A DNA stretch of 63,675 bases, counting the filler. It is 6 parts of 6 records of this genome, joined end to end, with 100 filler letters (N's around TTAATTAATTAA, not from the genome) between each part and the next. Parts side by side here need not be neighbours in the genome. Positions count along the whole stretch, not along the records: positions 26,338 to 38,462 come from DRR723986_14165; positions 38,563 to 45,113 come from DRR723986_14174; 4 more parts are not named here. One strand, written 5' to 3'. How positions within the stretch are numbered: position 1 is the first letter of the stretch; each line of letters begins with the position of its first letter. Below the pieces are notes generated by a model that saw only the letters and a list, made by a program, of their open reading frames with translations, had not been told where the DNA came from and did no database searches. The position numbers and the translations under genes were made by a program. Shown here piece after piece: positions 32,631 to 40,827 of this stretch.

Positions 32631-33521
32631 TCAGGTCCGGCGACGCGGGTCGACGATGTCGCGTAGACCGTCTCCCATCAGGTTGAAGGTAAAGACTGCC
32701 AGCATCAGCCAGAGCCCCGGAAACAACGCCAGCCACCACTCGCCGGACACGATGAAATTAGCGCCTTCAGCAACCATGATGCCCCACTCCGGTGTGGGCG
32801 GACGAACACCAAGGCCGATAAAGGACAGCCCGGCCGCGTTCAAAATGGCCCACCCAAGATTCAGCGAGACCTGCACCATCATCGGCGGCAGGGCATTCGG
32901 AAATATGTGAAACGCGAGCACCCTGGTATCCGAATTGCCGGCAAGCTTTGCGGCAAGCGTGAAGCCGGCTTCCCGCCGGATGTTGACCTCCGCACGAACA
33001 AGACGGGCGTAGAACGGAATGTTGATGATCGCAGTGGCCAGAATGATGTTGGAAATTGAATTCCCGAGCGCCGCCACAATGCCCATGGCCAGCACGAACA
33101 ATGGAAAGGCCATGATGGTGTCGAGAAACCGGTTGAGCACTACGTCCAGCCAGCCTCCACGGTAACCGGCCACGGCACCAAGGACCGAACCGATGACGAA
33201 GGAAAGCGCGACAGCGGACACCGAGATGATCAGATCAAGGCGCGTTGCAACGATCACCCTTGAAAAGACATCGCGGCCAAGATTGTCGGTTCCGAACCAA
33301 TGAGACCAGCTGGGCGCCTGCAATGCATTTGCCGCATTCGTCTGCAGCGGATCGTAGGGAACCAGCGCAGGTCCGAGCAGTGCTGATCCGATGAAAAAAG
33401 CGAACATGGCGAAAGACAGGGCCGTGACCGAATTTTCCCGAAGGACATAGATCGTATGGGCCAGCGCACCGGAGCCGGTCTTCCGCTCCGCGACGGTTGG
33501 AGGCAACGTCGTATCACTCAT
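32631..33521 (-). CDS. ABC transporter permease (DppC-like)
   Basis: HWFGTDNLGRD, AGLSFIGLG..PPTPEWG, GDGLRD. Confidence 0.95.
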   Translation of the reverse strand: MSDTTLPPTVAERKTGSGALAHTIYVLRENSVTALSFAMFAFFIGSALLGPALVPYDPLQTNAANALQAPSWSHWFGTDNLGRDVFSRVIVATRLDLIISVSAVALSFVIGSVLGAVAGYRGGWLDVVLNRFLDTIMAFPLFVLAMGIVAALGNSISNIILATAIINIPFYARLVRAEVNIRREAGFTLAAKLAGNSDTRVLAFHIFPNALPPMMVQVSLNLGWAILNAAGLSFIGLGVRPPTPEWGIMVAEGANFIVSGEWWLALFPGLWLMLAVFTFNLMGDGLRDIVDPRRRT

Positions 33522-34543
33522 TTCGAAGATGTCCCGAAACGTGGATCAATCAGCGAATAGGACAGATCGATCAACAGGTTGAGAATGACGAACAGCAATG
33601 CCATCGCCAGAACGAACCCCTGAACCGCGGCGTAATCGGAAACCACAAGCGCCTCGACCGCATAGGATCCGATGCCTGGCCAGGCGAAGACCTTCTCGAC
33701 CAGCACATTCGCCCCAAGCACAAAGGAAAACACCATGCCCAGTGTGGTCACGACCGGAAGCAGGGCGTTGCGGAAAGCGTAGCCGTAGAGCACCATTCCT
33801 GGCCCGAGGCCTGCTGCCCGTGCGGTTCTGACATAGTCGGCCGCCAATGCAGACAGCATCGCCGCTCGCGTCATGCGCGCGATCGGGGCAAGGGTGAAGA
33901 GGGCTAGCGTCGTTGCTGGCAAGACCAACTGCTTCAGCGCCCCGAACCAGGTTTCCCAATCTCCGGCAATTGCAGCGTCGATCAGGAAGAACCCGGTAAT
34001 CCTGGGCGGATCAAGATAGATGAAATCGAGCCTGCCGAGGGGCGACGGAGCGATGCCCAGGAGGTAATAGAATATGTAGATCAGAACGATGCCGGTGAAG
34101 AAGGTCGGCAGAGATACGCCGGCGGTGACAAGGATCCGGCATAGCTGGTCAATCCAGGTTCCCGGCCGTGTCGCTGCCAGAACGCCAAGTGGAACGGCTA
34201 TCAGGCAGGACAGGATCAGGGCGGACAGCGTCAATTCGAGCGAGGCCGGCAGTCGGGACGCAAGTTCCGTCGCAACGGGCCGGCCGGTGGAAACCGACTG
34301 TCCCAGGTCTCCCTGCAGCAGATCTCCTACATAGATCAGGAACTGCTCGGGCAACGGTTTGTCGAGGCCCAGAGACCGTCGAACCTCTTCGATGGATTCA
34401 GGCGTTGCCGCAGCTCCGGCAAATTGCACTGCTGGGTCACCGGGCAAGGCACGTGTGAGGATGAAGCTGATCACCACAACGCCAATCAGAACCGGTATCG
34501 CCTGCAGAATGCGGTTAAGCGTAGCTGAGCTGCGACGCGCCAT
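33518..34543 (-). CDS. ABC transporter permease (DppB-like)
   Basis: PGDP, GLDKPL, DYVRTARA.G, VEKVFAWPGIG. Confidence 0.95.
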   Translation of the reverse strand: MARRSSATLNRILQAIPVLIGVVVISFILTRALPGDPAVQFAGAAATPESIEEVRRSLGLDKPLPEQFLIYVGDLLQGDLGQSVSTGRPVATELASRLPASLELTLSALILSCLIAVPLGVLAATRPGTWIDQLCRILVTAGVSLPTFFTGIVLIYIFYYLLGIAPSPLGRLDFIYLDPPRITGFFLIDAAIAGDWETWFGALKQLVLPATTLALFTLAPIARMTRAAMLSALAADYVRTARAAGLGPGMVLYGYAFRNALLPVVTTLGMVFSFVLGANVLVEKVFAWPGIGSYAVEALVVSDYAAVQGFVLAMALLFVILNLLIDLSYSLIDPRFGTSSK

Positions 34544-34546
34544 GAC

Positions 34547-36151
34547 CTAGCTCTCCACGTTCGTCAAAGAGCGGACATCGAGCTGGCGGTGGAACCAGAA
34601 CTCGTAACCGTCGGCACTGTTGACCGCGACGTTGAGCGCCGGCTGATAAAGCGGAATCCTCGGCAGGTCTTCCATCGCGATCTCGAACATCCTCTTGATC
34701 TTCGGCGCGTACTCCGGATCGTCCTGCGCCATGTGAAGCGTTTCCGAGGTCAGGGTCTCGATTTCCTCGTTTCGATAATTCGAGGAATTGAAAAGGTTGC
34801 CTTCCTGATACGCCCAGAAGAAGTAGTAGTCGGGTGTGTCCAGCCAGCCGCCGAAGTTTTCAAGATGTAGTGGCAGGCGCTTTTCCACGAGCACCGCCGT
34901 GCGCCAGTTTGCCCCGGGGATCTTCTCGATTTCCGTCTTGATGCCGAGTTTGCCGAGACTTTCCTGGATCAGCAGTGCAGTTGGCTCCATCCAGGATGCA
35001 AGGTCTGTGCTGATCGACAGAGGGACTTCGAAGCCGTCAGGATAGGCGGATGCCGCAAGCAACTCCTTGGCTTTCTCCATGTCATGGCTATAGGGCGACT
35101 TGCGTGGCCAGGAGGTGTCTTCAATGGTCTCGCTACCACCCCACAACGGTGCGCCGCGGCCATAAGCTGCAGTATCGAAGATGTCCTTGTAGGGAATCGC
35201 GTAGGCGATAGCCTTGCGCACATTCGGATCCTGGAAAGGCTCGAAAGTGTAATTCAGGCCTACCACATGCATGGTGTTGGCAATCGGTGTGGAATACACC
35301 TTCACCTTTTCAGCGAGCTCAGCAGCATCCTTATCCGGTATGTCGAAGGACACCTGCACATCACCACGTTCGATCAGGGCGCGGCGGGTTGCCGGACTCG
35401 GCACTTCTCGAACAATGATTCTGCGAACCTTGGGCAAAGGTCCACCAGCCCATTCATCAAAGCGTTCGTAAACGATCTGCTGGCCGGAATCCCAACGGGC
35501 AACCTTGTAGGCACCGGACCCGGCAGGTGTCGTGTGAAGATACTCAGTCGCCCAGGGATCATCGGCTGTCGAATGTTCCTTGGCGACTTTCGAATTGATG
35601 ACGAACGGCACAGGAACTGCCAGATCCGGCAAGGATAGCTTTGATGGCTTGTCGAGCTTGACGACAAAGGTTTCCTCATCGACGGCTTCAAACTGATCCG
35701 GCCGCGCAAGGCCGCCAGCTTTCATCTGCGTGCTAGGGAACCCGCCAACTGACACTGCCCTGTCGAAAGACCATTTTACATCCTCAGCGGTCACCTTGCT
35801 GCCGTCCCAGAAAACGGCGTTCGGCTTCAGCTTGAAGGTAATGGTCAAACCGTCGTCGGAAATTGTCCAGCTTTCCGCGAGTTCCGGTTCCAGCTTCGAA
35901 TAGTCGAAGGAAACGCTGCCATCTTCCAGGGTCTTGCTGCCGAACGTAATCAACCGGTCATAACTGTTGATGGCAACCTGATAGCTGGCCCTGTTGGTAC
36001 CGGTACGGTGAAGATCCAGACTGTTGATGGTCTGACCGGTCACCGCCACCAGGGTATCGCTTGCGGCGAAGGCAGACAGGGACCGGGAAAACGGGAGGGC
36101 GCCGACGACGGCAGCTCCGGCTTTGAGGAATTCGCGTCTGTGTAGGGACAT
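34547..36151 (-). CDS. ABC transporter substrate-binding protein, family 5, with Tat signal
   Basis: N-terminal RREFLK; PELAESW...DG..VTAEDV.WS; GSGAYK. Confidence 0.93.
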   Translation of the reverse strand: MSLHRREFLKAGAAVVGALPFSRSLSAFAASDTLVAVTGQTINSLDLHRTGTNRASYQVAINSYDRLITFGSKTLEDGSVSFDYSKLEPELAESWTISDDGLTITFKLKPNAVFWDGSKVTAEDVKWSFDRAVSVGGFPSTQMKAGGLARPDQFEAVDEETFVVKLDKPSKLSLPDLAVPVPFVINSKVAKEHSTADDPWATEYLHTTPAGSGAYKVARWDSGQQIVYERFDEWAGGPLPKVRRIIVREVPSPATRRALIERGDVQVSFDIPDKDAAELAEKVKVYSTPIANTMHVVGLNYTFEPFQDPNVRKAIAYAIPYKDIFDTAAYGRGAPLWGGSETIEDTSWPRKSPYSHDMEKAKELLAASAYPDGFEVPLSISTDLASWMEPTALLIQESLGKLGIKTEIEKIPGANWRTAVLVEKRLPLHLENFGGWLDTPDYYFFWAYQEGNLFNSSNYRNEEIETLTSETLHMAQDDPEYAPKIKRMFEIAMEDLPRIPLYQPALNVAVNSADGYEFWFHRQLDVRSLTNVES

Positions 36152-36233
36152 GTTCGGAAACTCCGCTGTGCGATTGGCTTTCCGAAGCTTGCAGGTGTTT
36201 TCTGTTTCCGAAAAATGCTATAAATTCACAGAT

Positions 36234-36254
36234 GCGATGAAAAAAATGCAACGC
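36234..36254. promoter_or_regulatory. Candidate LysR box (T-N11-A within an imperfect dyad)
   Basis: GCGATGAA-AAAAA-TGCAACGC in the divergent SBP/LysR spacer; T36238-N11-A36250. Confidence 0.5.
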
Positions 36255-36274
36255 TATAAACAAAGCCTATTGAA

Positions 36275-37189
36275 ATGAGACACTTATACACGTTTCAGCT
36301 CATTGAGGCTGTCGCCCGAGCGGGCTCCATCAGAAAAGCGGCGGAAGACATGAATCTGACCGCCTCGGCGCTCACGCGCCGGGTGCAAAGGTTCGAGCAG
36401 GAGTTTGGCGCACAGCTCTTTGAGCGCCTACCGAAGGGCGTACGTCTCAACCCTGCCGGAGAGCTTCTTCTCCACCACTATCGCGCAAGCCTTTCAGACC
36501 TTGCTCGTGTGCAGAGCCAGGTCGCGGATCTTGCTGGAGAACGCAGAGGGCACGTTTCCATCGCCTGCTCGCAGGCCATGGTTCCTTATTTCCTGCCCGA
36601 GCAAATCGCCCGGTACCGGCGTGATCATCCGGGCGTCACGTTTTCGGTCAACGTCAGGGACAGAACCCAGGCCGAGCAGGAACTCGTGTCCTATTCCAGC
36701 GACCTGGCACTGGTGTTCGAGCCAGTCTATCTGGTGGATTTCGAGGTGCTTCATGTCATCCCGCAGGAGGTTTATGCGGTCATGGCGAGCGACCACCCAC
36801 TGGCAAAAAAAGCGGAGGTGCGCCTGCGGGATTGTCTCGATGTGCCCCACGTCGCCCCGACAACCAAATATGGCGTCAGGCATCTGCTGGACTTTGCTGC
36901 CCGGCGTGGCAGTCGCCGCGTATCTCCCGCTGTCGAAACGGAAAGCTTCGACCTGATCCGGCACTACGTTCTTTGTGAGAAACTGATCGGCTTCCAGATC
37001 CCTCTGGGGCTCAGAGAGCAGGATGACGGCTCGCTGGTTTTCAAACCGATCTCGAGCAAGGACCTGCCACCCGGGAACCTAATTCTGGGCCAGATGCGCG
37101 GGCGTACACTTCCCGTGGCTTCAGCGCGCTTTGCGTTGCAGCTGGCCACTGCGCTCAAGGACTATCACAGCGCCCGAATCGGCAACTGA
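36275..37189 (+). CDS. LysR family transcriptional regulator
   Basis: GSIRKAAE.MNLTASALTRRV..FEQE.G..LFER. Confidence 0.95.
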   Translation: MRHLYTFQLIEAVARAGSIRKAAEDMNLTASALTRRVQRFEQEFGAQLFERLPKGVRLNPAGELLLHHYRASLSDLARVQSQVADLAGERRGHVSIACSQAMVPYFLPEQIARYRRDHPGVTFSVNVRDRTQAEQELVSYSSDLALVFEPVYLVDFEVLHVIPQEVYAVMASDHPLAKKAEVRLRDCLDVPHVAPTTKYGVRHLLDFAARRGSRRVSPAVETESFDLIRHYVLCEKLIGFQIPLGLREQDDGSLVFKPISSKDLPPGNLILGQMRGRTLPVASARFALQLATALKDYHSARIGN

Positions 37190-37273
37190 CTGAGCGAGCA
37201 TTTTCAGGACCATAGAAACCCTGGCGCACCAGCGCTCCCGTAGTGAAATCGCATTGTTGGCGCCTCTGGACGC

Positions 37274-38462
37274 TCACGCCACCTGTACGTCCGTTACACC
37301 TGGCACTGCCTTGAGCGCGCCCGCAATTTCCGGTGACAGGCGGAACCGGCCAGGGAGCTTGACTTCCACTTCCCGTGCGCCGTTTTCCAGAAGCACAATC
37401 ACCGTAACGTCACCTTCACCCCTCACCTGCAACTGCTTTGCAAGGCTCGGGATCGGACGTTCATCGCGAACAAAGACACGCATGCTTTTCTGCAGGCGGG
37501 CTGCGACCTGATCGATCGGATCAACCTGTTCGATTCGAAGGGAGGGCTCGTCGTCGCGCATGTCGGCCCCGACGAGCACGACAACGGAACGTCCAGCCTG
37601 CAAGGCATCCCGGAACTGTTCGAGTTTCTCACGGAAGAGCAACGCCTCATACTGGCCCGTAGCATCGGACAGGCGAACGATACCCATGCGATTGCCGGTC
37701 TTGGTCTTGCGTTCCTGCATGGACACGACGGTTCCGGCAAGCCGGCCGTGAGACGCCCCCTTCTTGACTGCTTCCGAAAACTGGCTCCACGGCTGTGCCC
37801 GCATCTTTTCCAGCACGGAGGCGTATTCGTCGATCGGATGCGCTGACAGATAAAACCCGATCGCCGAGTGTTCCCGCTGCAGCTTCTCTTCGTTTGTCCA
37901 GCCATGGACATCATCCAGCTGCAAGGGTTCTTCGCTGTCGCTGCCGCCAAAAAGCTCGTCCTGGCCGAGCGTCTTGTTTTCCTCGGTGCGTTGAGCCAGG
38001 CCCATGATCCGGTCGAGACCTTCAAAAACCCGTGCCCGGTTGGGCTCAAGCTCATCGAATGCTCCGGCGGCCACCAGGTTTTCAAGCGTTCGCTTGTTGA
38101 GGGCCTTGGGTGAAATCCGACGCGCAAAATCGCCAAGGCTCTTGAAAGGCTTATCGCCCCGAACCTCAACAATGTGTTCAACCGCCTGCTCGCCAACACC
38201 CTTGATCGCGCCCATCGCGTAAAGGATCTTGCCGTCGGCAACGTCAAAATAGACCTGCCCGCGGTTGATTGACGGCGGCTCGATCTCGATCTTCATGCGC
38301 CGACATTCCTGACGGTAGTCGCCCAGTTTTTCCGTATTGCCCAGATCCAGTGTCATGGAAGCGGCCATGAACTCGACCGGGTGGTTCGCCTTTAGCCAGG
38401 CCGTATGATAGGAGACCAGTGCATACGCCGCAGCGTGCGACTTGTTGAAGCCGTAGTTGGCG
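37274..38462 (-). CDS. dnaE: DNA polymerase III alpha subunit (5' truncated)
   Basis: YGFNKSHAAAY read at contig edge; AIKGVG; GFYLSAHP; OB-fold C-terminus. Confidence 0.96.
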
Positions 38463-38562
38463 NNNNNNNNNNNNNNNNNNNNNNNNNNNNNNNNNNNNNN
38501 NNNNNNTTAATTAATTAANNNNNNNNNNNNNNNNNNNNNNNNNNNNNNNNNNNNNNNNNNNN
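38463..38562. other. Artificial contig linker
   Basis: 44 N + TTAATTAATTAA + 44 N. Confidence 0.99.
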
Positions 38563-38668
38563 GACAGGCCTTCGGCCTTCCTCAGGATGAGGTTGAGGGG
38601 AAGCTACCGGCCTATCAATATTCTCTTCCTCATCCTGAGGAGGCCTTCAGGCCGTCTCGAAGGATGGG
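38563..38668. repeat. Alphaproteobacterial palindromic (REP-like) repeat, two inverted copies
   Basis: CCTCAGGATGAGG (38580-38592) faces CCTCATCCTGAGGAGGCC...GGCCGTCTCGAAGGATG (from 38628). Confidence 0.75.
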
Positions 38669-38743
38669 CCCCAAACACAACAGATCGGTTCGTACTTAGA
38701 TCAAGCGGATTGCCGACCGCCGCGAGGGTGGTCGGCGCAAAAG

Positions 38744-40819
38744 CTACCGCCCTTCGCGATACCAGGTCAGGGACAGGGCACCCAGCAGGAGCGCAAGACC
38801 AAGCAGTCCGATCATCAGCGGATAGCGGTCGATGCCGTTGAGGACGCTCGCCTCAGTGGCCTTCAGCCCCAGCCAGCCATTGCCGGCGTAGCTCGCTGAC
38901 GGACGCATCGAAACAATGCGCGGGACGGTCAGGTCTCCGCCGACATCCCGCAAACGCTCAGACGCTCCACCCGTCGCTTCGCTGAGCGGGGCCAATGGCT
39001 CGGTGGTGGACAGAACGTCGGTATATTCACGCGGGTTCTGGGGCCCAACGTGGATCAGCGCACTCATGTCCCCTTCTGTGACCGAGAACAACCCGGTTTC
39101 GCCGGCAGGCATGCCGCCACGCCACAGGCCTGGTTCCTGTTCGGTCAGAACGATCTGCGACCGGTCGCCTGTCGGCGAGACGACCGTGACTTCCCCGACG
39201 GTTTCGCCCAGGGTCTGGCGTTCGATGACCAGTTCCGGTCCGCGCATGGATACATTCAGCGCTTCTTCTTCCAGATCCGGCTCCTTCATCAGCCAGTGGG
39301 CCAGACGGCGCAGCAGCGGAACATGCGGACCGCCGCCTTCATATCCACGTGCCCAGAGCCAGACGTGATCGGACAGCAGCATGGCCACTCGGCCTTCGCC
39401 TTCGCGGTTGAGAACCAAGAGCGGCGTGTCGCTCGGTCCGGACATCAGCGTCTGGCCGGCGTCGAGTTCAGTGTCGACCACGCGGAACCAGCGGCTCCAT
39501 GCGGGCGGGTCCTGTTCGGATCCGGGCAGCCCACGGGTGACCGGGTGGCGCTTGCCGAGGTCGGCGAGGGTGGCGTGGTAGGGTTGTTCGAGAATGGTGC
39601 CGGTCGGACGGGCCGGAAGGATCGGCGCCAGTGGCGTGCGGTAAAGGCTGCCACCTTCGGCGTAATCAGGACCGCCGGCCAGCAGCATTGCACCGCCATC
39701 GCGCACGTAGCGGGCGATATTGTCGAAATACAGCATCGGCAGAACGCCGCGGCGCACGTAGCGGTCGAAGATGATCAGGTCGAATTCGTCAATCTTCACC
39801 GAGAAGAGTTCCCGGGTTGGGAAAGCGATCAGCGAAAGCTGGTTGATCGGCGTTCCGTCCTGTTTTTCCGGCGGGCGCAAGATGGTGAAGTGAACCAGAT
39901 CCACCGAGGCATCGGACTTCAGAAGATTGCGCCACGTACGTTCACCGGCATGCGGTGACCCGGAAACAAGCAACACACGCAGATTCTCGCGGATGCCGTC
40001 GATGGTCACAACGGCCCTGTTGTTGAGCGTCGTGAGTTCGTCGGTCAGCGGCTCGGCGTCGAATTCGAAGATATTGTTGCCGCCATGGGCGATCTCAACC
40101 GGAATGTCGATCTTCTCGCCTGTCCGGGCCGTGCGTTCAGTGACGACATCGCCATCGCGTTTGACGGTCAGGCGCACCTGGTCGCCAGGTCCTGTGCCAC
40201 GGCCCTGGTCGACGACAGTCAGGCTGACGATCTGCTCTGAATCAACCAGGCCGAACCGTGGGGCCTTGTCGAGTACGATGCGTCGGTCCCGTTCATCAAC
40301 CGTACCGGTGATAAGGCCATGAACCGGGGCGTCGAACCCCAGGGCGCCTGCGTTGCCGGGGATGTCGTGGATCTGCCCGTCGGTCACGATGATCGCACCA
40401 CCAACCCGATCCGGCGGAACGTCTGCAAGGCCGTTTGCCAGGGTCTGGAACGCCTCGGTGCCGTCACCTGAACCGGAGTTTCGCGCTTCCAGAACGCGCA
40501 GGTCAAACCCATCAAGGGCACCGATGCGGCGGGTCAGTTCTTCCACGGCCTCATCGGTTGTCGACTGGCGATCGGAGAGGCGTTGGCTCTGGCTCTTGTC
40601 GACGACAAGAGCAACGACGCTTGAGAGCGGTTCCCTGTCTTCCCGCTCAACAGCGGGGTTGGCCAGCGCCAGCAACAGCAAGGCCATTGTCAGGGTGCGC
40701 AGCAACCAGCCACGCAAATTCAGAAAGCCGGAAAAGGCGGTGAGAAGAACAGCGATAACGCCGCCTGCCACAAGGGCCCAGAGCGGAACGAGGGGATCGA
40801 AGGCGAGTGACCAGACCAT
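38744..40819 (-). CDS. Membrane protein with vWA-like and glutamine-amidotransferase-like domains (MoxR operon member)
   Basis: LVVDKSQSQ, IVTDGQIHD, LLVSGSPHAGERTWRNLLKSD; terminal TM segments. Confidence 0.8.
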   Translation of the reverse strand: MVWSLAFDPLVPLWALVAGGVIAVLLTAFSGFLNLRGWLLRTLTMALLLLALANPAVEREDREPLSSVVALVVDKSQSQRLSDRQSTTDEAVEELTRRIGALDGFDLRVLEARNSGSGDGTEAFQTLANGLADVPPDRVGGAIIVTDGQIHDIPGNAGALGFDAPVHGLITGTVDERDRRIVLDKAPRFGLVDSEQIVSLTVVDQGRGTGPGDQVRLTVKRDGDVVTERTARTGEKIDIPVEIAHGGNNIFEFDAEPLTDELTTLNNRAVVTIDGIRENLRVLLVSGSPHAGERTWRNLLKSDASVDLVHFTILRPPEKQDGTPINQLSLIAFPTRELFSVKIDEFDLIIFDRYVRRGVLPMLYFDNIARYVRDGGAMLLAGGPDYAEGGSLYRTPLAPILPARPTGTILEQPYHATLADLGKRHPVTRGLPGSEQDPPAWSRWFRVVDTELDAGQTLMSGPSDTPLLVLNREGEGRVAMLLSDHVWLWARGYEGGGPHVPLLRRLAHWLMKEPDLEEEALNVSMRGPELVIERQTLGETVGEVTVVSPTGDRSQIVLTEQEPGLWRGGMPAGETGLFSVTEGDMSALIHVGPQNPREYTDVLSTTEPLAPLSEATGGASERLRDVGGDLTVPRIVSMRPSASYAGNGWLGLKATEASVLNGIDRYPLMIGLLGLALLLGALSLTWYREGR

Positions 40820-40827
40820 CTAGTCTC

